A stretch of DNA of 25,000 nucleotides from contig JAFIQS020000021.1 in assembly GCA_017499595.2 (NCBI GenBank), forward strand, positions 1 through 25,000, in the 5' to 3' direction. The stretch comes from Psilocybe cubensis (taxonomy: Eukaryota). Made by a program: the position numbers and the translations under genes. Positions 1 through 10,655 of the stretch are shown piece after piece. The notes under the pieces are model-generated. The model was not told the origin of the DNA, searched no databases, and saw only the letters and a list, made by a program, of their open reading frames with translations. Within the stretch, counting starts at the first letter, position 1; the number at the start of each line of letters is the position of its first letter.

Positions 1-778
1 AACTATCTGACATTACGCTGAGTAATTTAATGACATTCCGAATGCTTCTTTGCATTAGTAGGAATAATCAGTTGTCTACACACCGCCAGAGCTGGTTGGA
101 CATTGTCTGTTATGACCCTTCCCACATTCTTCAATTCTATTTGACCTTCCAGCCTAAATGAGCTATCTATAGACAAGAGTATCTTACTGGCCCCTGCAAG
201 GTGCTCTCCCTGTCACGTAGATCGCACCTTTAAGAGTTGGGCGCTTAGTACCAGGCCTGTGGGATTCTTAGTTCCCATATCTCTTTCGCTGTCCCCGCGC
301 AGTGGACAGTGTCCCGATACCATACACTCGAAGAGTGGATCTGGTTCCAATAGATGTCTGTTCTGCAGGCGCCGTGTTATACTTTCCACAAAAAAGCCTA
401 AGCGACTTGCTCGGCTACTACGGTTCATATCACCGAGAATAGACTCGAGGACAGTTTTTGTGACAAAGCCCTTTCCTGTTCCTTTTTCCGTTGATTTCCC
501 CGTTCATGATAATATTCTCGCTGGCCAGCATACTTGGTGGCGTGGGAAAAGAAACTTTTTACCTGGTCCTCGGCTATTAAGTGCCTTCAGAACCTGTAAT
601 GACCATAACATGTTCTAAACTTACCTTCATCTCATTGTAGCTCTTTTTTTTGCCATGCGCAGAGAATACCTTTTGACTTTACCGATCACACAGGCTATGA
701 CTTGCTGTGTGAAGCTCAGGAAGAGGAGTTCTTTTATAACGCCTGAGACATGATGCTCAAAGAACCGCGTCTTTCATC

Positions 779-2887
779 ATGTCCCATTCGCAAAACAGTA
801 GTGTCGACTCTAAAGATGCAACGCGTACTGTCGTGGTGACGCCGGCACCAGAACGCGCTTCGACACTCGTAGACCCACCTGCAAAGTATTCCAAAAAGGA
901 AAAATGGATGATCGTCATATTCACTGCGTTCATCGCGTTGTTCAGGTGTGTTCATGGGGTATATCGGACGATAGTATTTTGCTGACGATCTACAGCCCAC
1001 TCACAGCGACCATCTACTACCCTGAGATTCCTATTCTCTCTCAGGTGTTCGGAAAATCTACAGAGTTGATCAACCTCACGGTATGTCAACTCTCTCTTGA
1101 TCCCAATCGCCATCTGTTCAACGTTATTCAAAGGTGACTGCATACGTGGTGCTACAGGGCATCGGTGCGTTTCTCAAGTGCTATCAGTCATAAAAGTATT
1201 CTTATCATATCGCAGCTCCGATGATATGGGGCCCGTTTTCTGATCATATTGGTCGAAGACCGATTTACGCAGCATGCCTCCTCATTTTATCTCTGTCGTG
1301 TGTCGGGTTGGCACTTGTTCCCACTTCCAATTACGGGCTATTATTAGCTCTTCGATGCATACAGGCATGTGGCTCGGCGAGTACAGTTGCTATTGGTAAG
1401 TCTACAATTTTCTCTTTGCGAAATTACTCTCAAGTGTACTAGGTGCCGGTGTCATTGGGGATATATCGTCTCGGGCGGAGAGAGGCGGCTTTTTCGGCAT
1501 CTTTACACTTGGCCCTACGGTGAGTGTGAATTTTCCAAGATTTTCGTGTATTGATTTTCGTTAGGCTGGCCCAGCTTTAGGACCAGTTATAGGAGGTGCT
1601 CTCGCAGGACATTTCGGCTGGCGGTATGTTTGCGTTCCAATCAATCGATCACAGTTTATTCTGACAGACTTTCTCAGTGCCGTTTTCTGGTTCTTGTGCA
1701 TCGCGTCTTCGTTTTGTGTCCTAGTGATCATCCTGTGAGTTCTCTGTGCTGTTAGAGCGCTTTAAGAATCTCTTGATCTAATCATGCGTCAACTCTTTCT
1801 CAAGCTTCCAGCCAGAAACCGTGCGCCATATTGTCGATAGCGGACGTGACTCCATTTTTCTTGTCTACCGGCCTGTCCTACCCGTCATAGGTCGCAAAGA
1901 TGTCCTGTCAAGACCTCTGAGTGTACAACTTTCCCCCGTCAAAATTCCTCGCAATCCATTTGGGCTATTTATGCAGCCCGACATCGCCCTCCTTCTATAC
2001 ATGAACGGGGTTGCCTTTGCCATCTTTTACGGCGTTTTGGTCACAGTATCGTCATTGATGCTACCTGCGTACCCATTTCTGACAGAGACAACCCTTGGAT
2101 TGTGTTTCTTGTCTGTGGGTGGTGGGACTATAATAGGAAGTGCTATTTCCGGACGGGTACTCGACCGCGAATTTAGGAGGATGCGAATTAGAATCGAGGC
2201 AGCGCACTCAGGGTCGGCAACCCTTGATCGCGAGGAGAACTTCCCACTGGAGAGGGTAATATCCGTCCATCATCCCTGCACATGCCAGTTTGGTAGTTAC
2301 TGATCATTTTAACTATTGATAGGCACGACTTCAGCTCACGCCTTACCTTGTCGTCATTTGCGCAGCCGCGTGTGCGGGATATGGATGGTGTCTGCAGCAA
2401 AAGACCCATATCGCGGTACCATTGGTTTTGCAATTTTTCAGTAAGCTTGATTAGTCCCATGCTGTGTATAATTTATGTTGAGACGCTATTTCCAGTTGGT
2501 GTTTTCACCATCATTGCGATGAATTCATCAACTACCCTTATGATCGACTTGGTTCCCGGACAAAGCTCCTCGGTTACTGCATGTGTACGCCTTCCTTCTA
2601 AGCCTAGCACAAGTCCCCTATGGCTGACAGAAAGCCATCTGCAGAGCAATTTGATTAGGTGCACTCTTAGTGCAGTTCTAGTGTCAGTCATCGACATTAT
2701 GGCGAAGGGTATCGGCACAGGATGGACATTCGTCATCTTGAGCGGTTTATGCCTGTCCCCTCTGCCGTTGATTTACATTTCATTTATTATCGGACCACGT
2801 AACCGCGCTCGAAGACAGAGACTTAGAGAGGAAGAGATCGCCCGCACACGAACAGCCTCAGTATCGATATCAGAAGAGAAGGCCTAG
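779..2887 (+). CDS. MFS multidrug transporter (DHA1/Qdr-like drug:H+ antiporter), 11 exons, ~518 aa
   Basis: Manual GT-AG parse: exons 779-945, 996-1080, 1134-1164, 1216-1395, 1443-1519, 1565-1623, 1678-1734, 1805-2255, 2323-2440, 2496-2584, 2645-2887 give one open frame (1557 nt). Motifs: SPLTATIYYP; MFS motif A (WGPFSDHIGRRP); motif B (LRCIQACG); GDISSRAERG; antiporter motif C (GPALGPVIGG); GWRAVFW; PET; FPLERARL. Confidence 0.93.
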
Positions 2888-3131
2888 GTTCAAATGACTG
2901 GCATACTTCACACCACGAACGAAACGAATCAGTATATTTTGTATCAAATTTATCACGACTTGCCTACTTACAACGTTGTAGCTATTTATGAAAGTCAATT
3001 TGGAACTGTTCAATCATTTCAGATTCGAAGATGCAAGCGTTTGCTTCGAAATAAGCTCACTGATGAGCCCAAATCTGTGACCCCTATTCGACTTGCTTGT
3101 TGTTGCTTGGTCTGTTAGTCTGCATTCATAA

Positions 3132-4175
3132 ATGAAACAGGCGCCGCCTTTTCTTTCTTACCCCCACCACAATCTCGTCGCGCACAGGAAACTCACCGTA
3201 TACGGTGTTCTTCCTTTTTCACGAGTTGACGTCCTTCTGGATGTCCATGAGCGATAGGTGCAATTTCGACCGACCCCGCGATTTCTCATATCGGGACCAT
3301 GGGCATCAATATGCCTTGGGATCAGAGTTTGCTGTGCGGATGCGCGCAAGATCTGGTCCTATTTTATGGCATACGCCTCTATCCTCTCTCCCTATGCTCG
3401 TAAGGCGGAGCTGTGGGGCGAAAGCCTCACCTCTTCGTATCTGCGGGCGCGGGCCAGCGTGTTTCACCTGGTTTATGGCTTGCTATGAACCAAGTAAGCA
3501 CGCAGGGCTCTATCGGTAGTCCCGTCAGTGGGGTTATCGATGTACTTCGTCGGCATCCAAGCTATCCAACATACCCTACTTGCACACCGTTACCTCTCTG
3601 CCAGTATCTTCCATGATGTGGTCTCGTATGCGGACAGGTTATGGAGCCTCTTCACCTCGTCGTTGAACGCTCATCTTGTCGCTCGGCCATCTGGGCCGTT
3701 CCACCTTGTGGACCCCGGGCTGGTCCTTCTATCATTCGCTTCTGCAGTTGGCTCATGTCGAGCACTGCCCATGTCTATCTGCATCTGGCTTTGCATAAGC
3801 AGTGCACCTTACCTTACGCTATCTCATTCCTGGCATGTTGCGGGCCCGCACATGCCACCTTCACCTCGTGTCGCGAGCGGTATTCTTGACCTGCGATCGG
3901 TCTCGACTAGGGACGACGATTCGTCAGTAGTCTCGTATGTCTGGTCTACGAGTGAGAAGGGGGACGTTGTTTTTGCGCACTCGCATCTGGGGCCTTTGGA
4001 AGATTTTGACCGTCTTCGGATTGGTTGTCTTTTCCTTAGGATCTTGGCTTTTAAAGCCGCCAATTTTTGGAATCTCGTTCACTTGTTGAACAAATTTTTT
4101 GTGAATATAGCAAGAATGGAGGATTTTAAGCTGAGTACCTTATTTTTGTTCGAGTCCTCACTACAAAAGTTTTAA
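3132..4175 (+). pseudogene. Possible degenerate ORF of unknown family
   Basis: One frame from ATG 3132 to TAA 4175 (348 codons) carries only three internal stops (3255, 3486, 3495). It joins ORF-track entries 3258-3488 and 3528-4175. No recognisable motif. Confidence 0.25.
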
Positions 4176-5261
4176 AGGTTTTCGTACCAAGATCATGCTT
4201 GTCGAAGGGTGGTTCAACGCAGAGTTCATTATGATGTTTTATTATACGTATAATAAATTGTTGGTAGTTTGAAAGACCTTTTTATACAATTCAAAATGGT
4301 AGTGTCAATTCACGCTCGACGGGCGTTTTGGTTTATTTCTTTGAGGCTTTTCGGGCGATATTCTAGATTATATGTAAATTAAATAATCCTCGGGTATAAA
4401 ATATCATAGCAATTCAAGGTACAGACAAAGTAAAAGGTACATGTTCACATAGACCATCTCTCGGACGCGTCCAAGACACGTCAGCGCAAAATGTTTGAAA
4501 GTTTGCCTCTCGTTTCGCCGCGGGCACGACCTTGGCACTAACTAACAATTTTTTCAATTCGGATTTGTTTCGCTTCTCATACACGATTGGACGAAAGTGC
4601 TTCTCTAACCTACAATCACTTGTTGTGATATTACGGTGCGTACTTGGTTGAAGCAAATACGGTTCAACCATGATATAGGTCCTCACAGAGTAACAATCTC
4701 TGTTTCACCACTCTTCGGAGAGTTGCAAACATCAATGGTCTACTCATACGCTCATACTATCCATATTTAAGTTATTCTGGTCAGCCGCCGAAGAGAAAGG
4801 AATAGTGAGTTTGACCCGTTTATACTAGGACAAAAAAAACAATAAAATCCGACTTGTTGTAAACTAGAAGCTTTGTTTTGACAGTAACTGTTTCCAGTAC
4901 GTTCCACTTCACCTCTAATTTCGTGCACTTTCAGCATTAACGTATTACAATTGTTGGCTCATAGTACGTGTCTATCGGAGGGATGAGTCGGTCTTGTAAG
5001 TACAAAGCGGCTGACACTACCTATGTGCGCATCAAAATCGATCGTAAATACCCATTAGATGCGTGCGTTCGGGTTTCTCGCATGGGATACACTTACACTT
5101 TACAGGCCTCACTGACTTCCTTTCAATTGATGGATTCTTCGCAACAACGCGCTAACCAGCTTTGCTTCATCCGACACGTACTGATGTACGAAATCGGGGA
5201 ATGTGTTTGGGGCTCTCCGTCCAGTGGGCCGCCTTGTGATTATGCTTGACCACTTGATCCC

Positions 5262-5267
5262 TATAAA
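5262..5267 (+). promoter_or_regulatory. Probable TATA box of the GH17 gene
   Basis: TATAAA about 45 nt upstream of ATG 5308. Confidence 0.55.
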
Positions 5268-5307
5268 TACTGGACAAGTCGAGCTAATTTGGTCAGTAGC
5301 TTTCGAA

Positions 5308-6608
5308 ATGTTCCCCAAAAGCTTTACAACCATTGCAATCTCCTTGCTTCTAAGCTTCGTCACACCTATCCTGGCAGCTAACCACATGTCAGGTCTCGCC
5401 GTCTCCAATAGTCCTGGAGGAACGACGGCTTATGGCTGCCGTTCTCAAGCTCAGGTCTGTAAAATATTCTATGTATAAATAGCTATCCGATATTAACCTG
5501 CCCGTATAGTGGAACAAACTGGTCAATGATGCCAAAAGCCAGGGATTCAAAATAATACGCATCATCGGATTCGATTGCAGTGCTCTTGAGCTCGCTTCCT
5601 CAGCTGCAGCCACCGCGGGTCTCCAAATTATGGCCGGAATATTTGCACAATTTGTAAATAAGTTGCTCAAATGATTGTTCTTTCGCCTTAATCATCTACT
5701 TTGCAGGGAACTATTGCAGCTAGCTCAAGTCAGATTGAGTACGAACTCATTTTTATATGGTATTCAAATTGGCTCTAACAGCTGTTTGGTTCTAGCAATG
5801 ATGTACAGAGATTCCGTGCAGCGTATACCAAATACGGGGCAGGCCGATACGTCGGCCTAACCATTGGGAATGAGGTTGGTGCCATCACTTCTGGAAGCCC
5901 TTTGCCATACAAAAAGTCGACCGATTTCTGTAGGTTCAAGATTCTGTTGGTAATATAATGGCAAAAGTATACAGCGTCAGAGGTAAGCCTATTCTATCAT
6001 TTCGAAAATCTTTTTGCATTTTCTTATTGTTCTGTCACAGGGTACCTGAAATCTGTGGGCGTCCAAACACCCGTTTCCACGGTGCACACTTGGGTTGACA
6101 TTCGAAACAATCCCGCTCTGTGTGGTGCTGACTTTGTTGGGGCAAATGCACAGTACGGATACTAATTTTACTTTTCACGGGGTGAACATGTCTAATATGT
6201 CGTTGTTGAAATGTAGTGCATTCTTTGATGGTGGTGTCAACTCGGGTCAAGCTGGTAGCTTCCTTTACAACACTGTCAAGCCCGCGTTGCAGGCTGCGTG
6301 CCCCGGGAAGAAGATATATATAACTGAGTATGTCATCTGATTCGCATCTAAGCCCAGTTCACTGACTCACGTTGAATCGTTTCAGGTCTGGTTGGCCATC
6401 CAGAGGTGGAAATAACCGAAACGCAGTGGCATCTGTACCCGATGAACACAATGCAATCTCAAGCATCAACTGCGCCGCTCGTGATACAAGCATGACGATA
6501 TTTGCGTTCGAATACGATGATCAGCTGTGGAAGAATGGCGGAGCGATAGAACAGAGCTTCGGAATATTTGGCAAAATCCTGCCAGGAGACGCTTTGAACG
6601 CGTGTTGA
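5308..6608 (+). CDS. Secreted glycoside hydrolase family 17 protein (beta-1,3-glucanase/transglycosylase, Scw/Bgl2-like), 8 exons, ~298 aa
   Basis: Exons 5308-5454, 5510-5653, 5707-5738, 5796-5874, 5934-5982, 6041-6152, 6217-6327, 6386-6608 (897 nt, open). Signal-peptide-like start MFPKSFTTIAISLLLSFVTPILA; acid/base motif LTIGNE; ANAHAFFD; nucleophile motif IYITESGWPS; C-terminal FEYDDQLWK...EQSFGIF typical of GH17. Confidence 0.92.
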
Positions 6609-7096
6609 TTTGTAAAATATATGGAAGTTGCCTAGGTGTTGTATGTATACTGTCAACCAGACCCAGACCCCACACTCTCCAAACATAATAATAATAGCAT
6701 CAGCTTTTGTACCTATTCCTACGATGTGGACACCCATGGAATTGCGGATGTTCAAGAAGGTGATCACTAATAACTCAACATTACTACAACCTAAAACATG
6801 CGTACACTTTCTAATCTTATCTTCCAGCTCCTCTACCTCACCAACAAACGTATCAAACATACCAGCATCGAGTTGATCCTACTGACTATACAATCATCCC
6901 GATGCAATCAACGGATGGCGACACACATACCCCAGTCACTCAAACCCCCATTCGGCAATGGATGGATGACGAAGCGTATGAAGCCGTCCCGATTACCAGC
7001 GGAAGGACGGCGGTCCTCCCCGTGAGCTATTCCCTCCACAGATAGGGCAGTGGAAACAGATATATTACATTGTGAGCAAGTTGACTGGTACTAACA

Positions 7097-7592
7097 CACT
7101 GATATCAACCATACTTTGAAAATATAGCTCTCATTGCAAGCTACTTAACAAATTCCGATTCCCATTATTATAGGACTCTGTTGTCATTTTTCATCCGGGT
7201 CTAATTGAGTGGGATGCAGACTCGATCTTACTATTTCGTTTTTCCCATTTCTGCACCGTTTTCCGTCAATAAAAATAACATTATATATACATCACCTCTT
7301 TAGAGCTTGCATTCAAAATTTGGAGAGAAACGGGATGCGGGAAGAACGAATCAGTGTGTTTGATGATAGTATGGATTTTGAATCGCCGCCCAAAAAATAT
7401 TAGAAAGCCGCAAAAAAGCGACGGCATTTTATAACTTTTTGTTTTGTAACCTTACCATGGTGACGACCGTTGGATCAGTATGCGAACATTGAACGTTGAA
7501 CCACTGATATCAACTGGAACCTGGAAATATTACCGAACGATGGTAAGAGTTATGACTGCATGATTTGAAATCCGATTGAAAATTTATTATAG
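7097..7592. repeat. Diverged direct repeat pair (~7097-7173 and ~7502-7592)
   Basis: Exact CACTGATATCAAC at 7097-7109 and 7502-7514. Both copies are followed, in the same order, by AAATAT, TCCGATT and TTATTATAG blocks. Confidence 0.35.
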
Positions 7593-7966
7593 TAGGTCCA
7601 GCAGCGAAACACCTGCGCGGAGAAAAGTCATCAATAAGATTCCAACTTCATCGCAGTTGGCCAAGTATATCCCACCAAATCATACGTGCTCTCTTTCGGC
7701 AGAATTCTGCAATTTCGCAATTGAGGATCTTTCCAGCAGGCAAAGTCTCAGATAGTTCAGCGGTGATGTGATCACAGAATCCTTTTCGGCCGCCGTTGCG
7801 GAAGGAAATGTCTCTCTGGCCCCGTTTTCACTAGCACTAAAAAACCATATGGCTTGATGTTCTTTACACTAGAGGTTTTGTATGACGGGAAATGTTTATG
7901 GTACGTCCCACTCCAACTCTAACTTCATGGGCTTTCGTGGGCGGTCACTGAAATGATCCAACTGTT

Positions 7967-7994
7967 ACGAGTCCTATACGGAGTATAGACTCGT
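7967..7994. other. DNA hairpin, candidate sub-terminal structure of the element
   Basis: ACGAGTCCTATAC-GGA-GTATAGACTCGT: 12-bp stem with one bulged C and a c(GGA)g triloop. An A|TC dinucleotide lies 10 nt upstream (7956/7957). Confidence 0.6.
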
Positions 7995-8506
7995 TCTTTT
8001 TCCCAGGCCTTTCTCAGGTGGCCAATGTCAGGTATGCGTTTCCGCGGGAATTTATTTCCCAAAATGAATGTTCTGCTTATGTATTCTGATCTTTTGTTCA
8101 TTCGCTTATTGCCGAAATTTTTTCGCGAGCTGCTCGTTTATGCCGCACCGTGAGACTGTTTCCCCTTTTCTCTCTCTCTTCCTCATCCTCTATGTTAGTT
8201 GCCGTCTGTGCGCGTTGTCGTTATATTTGATTCCTTTCCTTTGTTTTCGCTACAGTACCATATTTTTATGTACTTGTCTGTACTTATTGTGCATAAGCTG
8301 CCTCAATATGCGTCTCTGTTAGGCCGTCTATTTCTCGTGGATATGTCTACTGCTTTATCTGCTTTATCGCGCTCTAAATGATGTTGATGTGAAGATTCCA
8401 TCCTGATAGCCATGTAGTCTTTCAACTGTTTATGTCTTTCTGTCAGCGTAATGTGCAGTTATATACTAACAACTAATGTTTTTAATATAAGATATTCATT
8501 TCTCTT

Positions 8507-9637
8507 CTATTCTCTGTGTATGGTCATGTCCTCCATCTTTTGTCTTACTTCTCTATCTTCGTCATACACTCGACGGCGCTTCATGACGGGTATCTTCGCG
8601 ATTTCTGCGTCATTCTCTATGAACTCTGCTGGGCCATTTCGTACGTCTTGCTGTTTGTGAGGTCAGTGTTATTCATTTTCCCTGAACATGCTTGCCTCAC
8701 TAACCACATCATGTATGAGCGTAAGCGCTCTCAGAACTGTGGTCATCGCGACAGCTTTGTCTTTGTGCATCACTCCTATGAATGCTATGGTCGCTCGGAC
8801 TATGTCTCCAACTTTGAACACGCTGGGAACCACACGCGATGTGCTGAGTCATTGATCGGATACTGTTAGTATGCCGCTGTGTATGAGATGTACCACAAAG
8901 CTCACCTTGTACCGTTATCGTTTTTGACTTCTCGCAAATAGTCGACCTTGTTGTCCATGGTGTGTATGAGATCGTCTCCTCTCATGTGCGCCAACACGCC
9001 GTCTGGATCTACACCCATATCGAACGCCAGTCCTGCTTCTGTCGGCGCATGCTTTCTAGGTGTGAAGTAACGCGTACTTGCGTCGACCGCCCAATGACCT
9101 TCGTACATGCTTAAGTTCCACGGCTTTACCTCTATGTCTTCCTTTTTGAGGTATGTCTTCATCATCTCGTGTACATGCTTTATACTAACCGCATCGTCGT
9201 TGAATCCGTTGCTCCGCAGTCCGGTAATTCTAACTCCCTGTCGAAGATATATCGCTTTCTTCTTCATAGACGGTGTTGCGTCACTACGATTGGGTCAGTT
9301 GGGTATGCATTTTGTATATATAGTTATATCATTTACCTTAATTTAATAGGCGGCAATTCGTTTCTGCATATTGCGCCGTACACGTAGAAGTTTTGTTCTT
9401 CAGTGGAATTCGTTCGTGTAATTCTCCACGAGCGAGGTTGTTCTACGTAGACCACTCTATGATCTTCGAGCTGTCAATCGTGTTTTTGGAATCGTCAGTA
9501 TGTTCGTCCATCCATATGAATATGTAAAATACCTGAAAGTCTACCACCGGCATAGCATCGTGTATCGATTTTCGGGCGTCGCAGTACCCTTGGTCCATGA
9601 GGGCCTGCGCAGCGTATTGGTTATAGTTTGGGTCCAT
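8507..9637 (-). CDS. Uncharacterised ~299-aa protein, 5 exons; beta-rich C-terminal domain (candidate OB-fold nucleic-acid binder) plus basic NLS-like KRRR
   Basis: Minus-strand exons 9637-9533, 9470-9337, 9283-8906, 8843-8705, 8650-8507 (900 nt, open; GT-AG introns with CTRAC branch sites). Translation includes YLRQGVRITGL, STRYFTPR, VDPDGVL, HTMDNKVDY, VPSVFKVGDIVRATIAFIGV...MTTVLRALTLIHD and VMKRRRVY. Confidence 0.8.
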
Positions 9638-10655
9638 GCAATTGGTTGAGGGTGGGATTCTGTTTCACTTTTTTTTTTTTTTGGCCTTGTTTGACCGTTT
9701 GGTTTTATGATGTTTCTCGCTTTCCGACTCGTATTCGTGTGTCCCTCTTGTGTAATCTTTCCGTTTCTGTCCGAAATCTGCTACTGTTCCGTTCTCATCG
9801 TCGTGCTTGGTTCGTACTGGTTGTTAATGTTTTGTCTCCTCTCCGGTTGTTGTTACCACCGATCATTTTGTAAAATTTTCATATATTTTTCCTCCTTGCT
9901 TATTCGCTATCGGCGCCGTTTTGACCCTGTCTACTTCGCTCTCATATGTTCCTCTTCCCTGGTGTTCCTGTTCTCGACCGCGGCATTAGGTCGGTTGTTC
10001 ATCTATGGTGTTGTCGTCTCCTCATATGACGCGCTTCATTAAATTGCATTTGTTCTTTAACTTGATTTGGTGTACCGAGTGCCTACTTTTCTCGTTTCAT
10101 GGAGCTCCTCTTGCTTTGCTTGCTCTTTGCCTTTGCTCATCAACGTGTCGCTTCGCCTAGTTCACCTTTTTCGTGTTTTTATGCGTAGTGCGACCATCAT
10201 CTGTCGGCTTTTTTTTTACATCAAATTTTGGTCCATCATTTTTTTTGGCGTCTTTAATCCCTTAAGGCAATCGCTCCTGTACAATGGTGTTTGCTCTTGG
10301 TACGCTCATCACGCGTAATATCTTATTCGTGCTGACTTGCTTGTCTCAGTGGCTTCGGGAGTGTGTATGGTATTCGCTAAAGGCGTTTCCACTCATCGCT
10401 TTCTATCGTACCGAGCGTTAGTCTTTGCATTTTTCTACTCCGTATCAACTCATGGATTTTATTATCCTTTTTCTCTGTTTTTCATGTTTCTCCAAGTAGT
10501 ATTTATCATGTTGAATTCTTGTGATGCTGTCTCATAACCTTTTCTATAAAACCTTGGTTTTTTTTTGTTTAGTGCTTTCCATCTTCGACGCTCTACCTGC
10601 CTCGAGCTCTATCATCTACAGTATTCCTAAGTCTCTTTATCGTTTCAATCACATT
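9638..10655. promoter_or_regulatory. Divergent intergenic region (putative bidirectional promoter), strongly T-rich on the + strand
   Basis: Lies between head-to-head ATGs at 9637(-) and 10656(+). Contains T14 at 9669-9682 and many shorter T runs. Confidence 0.45.

Noticed and set aside
259-618. 119-aa ORF upstream of the MFS gene (and overlapping minus ORF 213-428)
   Set aside because: Non-ATG start, no motifs, no splice pattern linking it to anything; most likely promoter-region noise.
4305-4320. 16-nt exact match TCAATTCACGCTCGAC also found at 15345-15360
   Set aside because: No extension on either side; one match of this length within 25 kb is not improbable by chance.
779-6608. MFS and GH17 genes as cargo of the element or part of a biosynthetic cluster
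   Set aside because: They look like ordinary host genes and lie left of the candidate terminal hairpin. No biosynthetic core gene is present in the window.
6459-7046. Overlapping short ORFs downstream of GH17 (6459-6860 minus; 6628-6876 and 6798-7025 plus; an open stretch ~6827-7046)
   Set aside because: They overlap the GH17 3' end/UTR, and I found no consistent exon chain or recognisable motif. A gene fragment cannot be excluded but is unsupported.
8068-8660. Hydrophobic + strand ORFs (8068-8322, 8199-8381, 8451-8660) resembling membrane peptides
   Set aside because: They are by-products of T-rich sequence and antisense to the 3' end of the 8507-9637 gene.
9628-10537. Several Phe/Leu-rich ORFs in the divergent spacer
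   Set aside because: T-rich, A-poor sequence suppresses stop codons; there is no coding signature.
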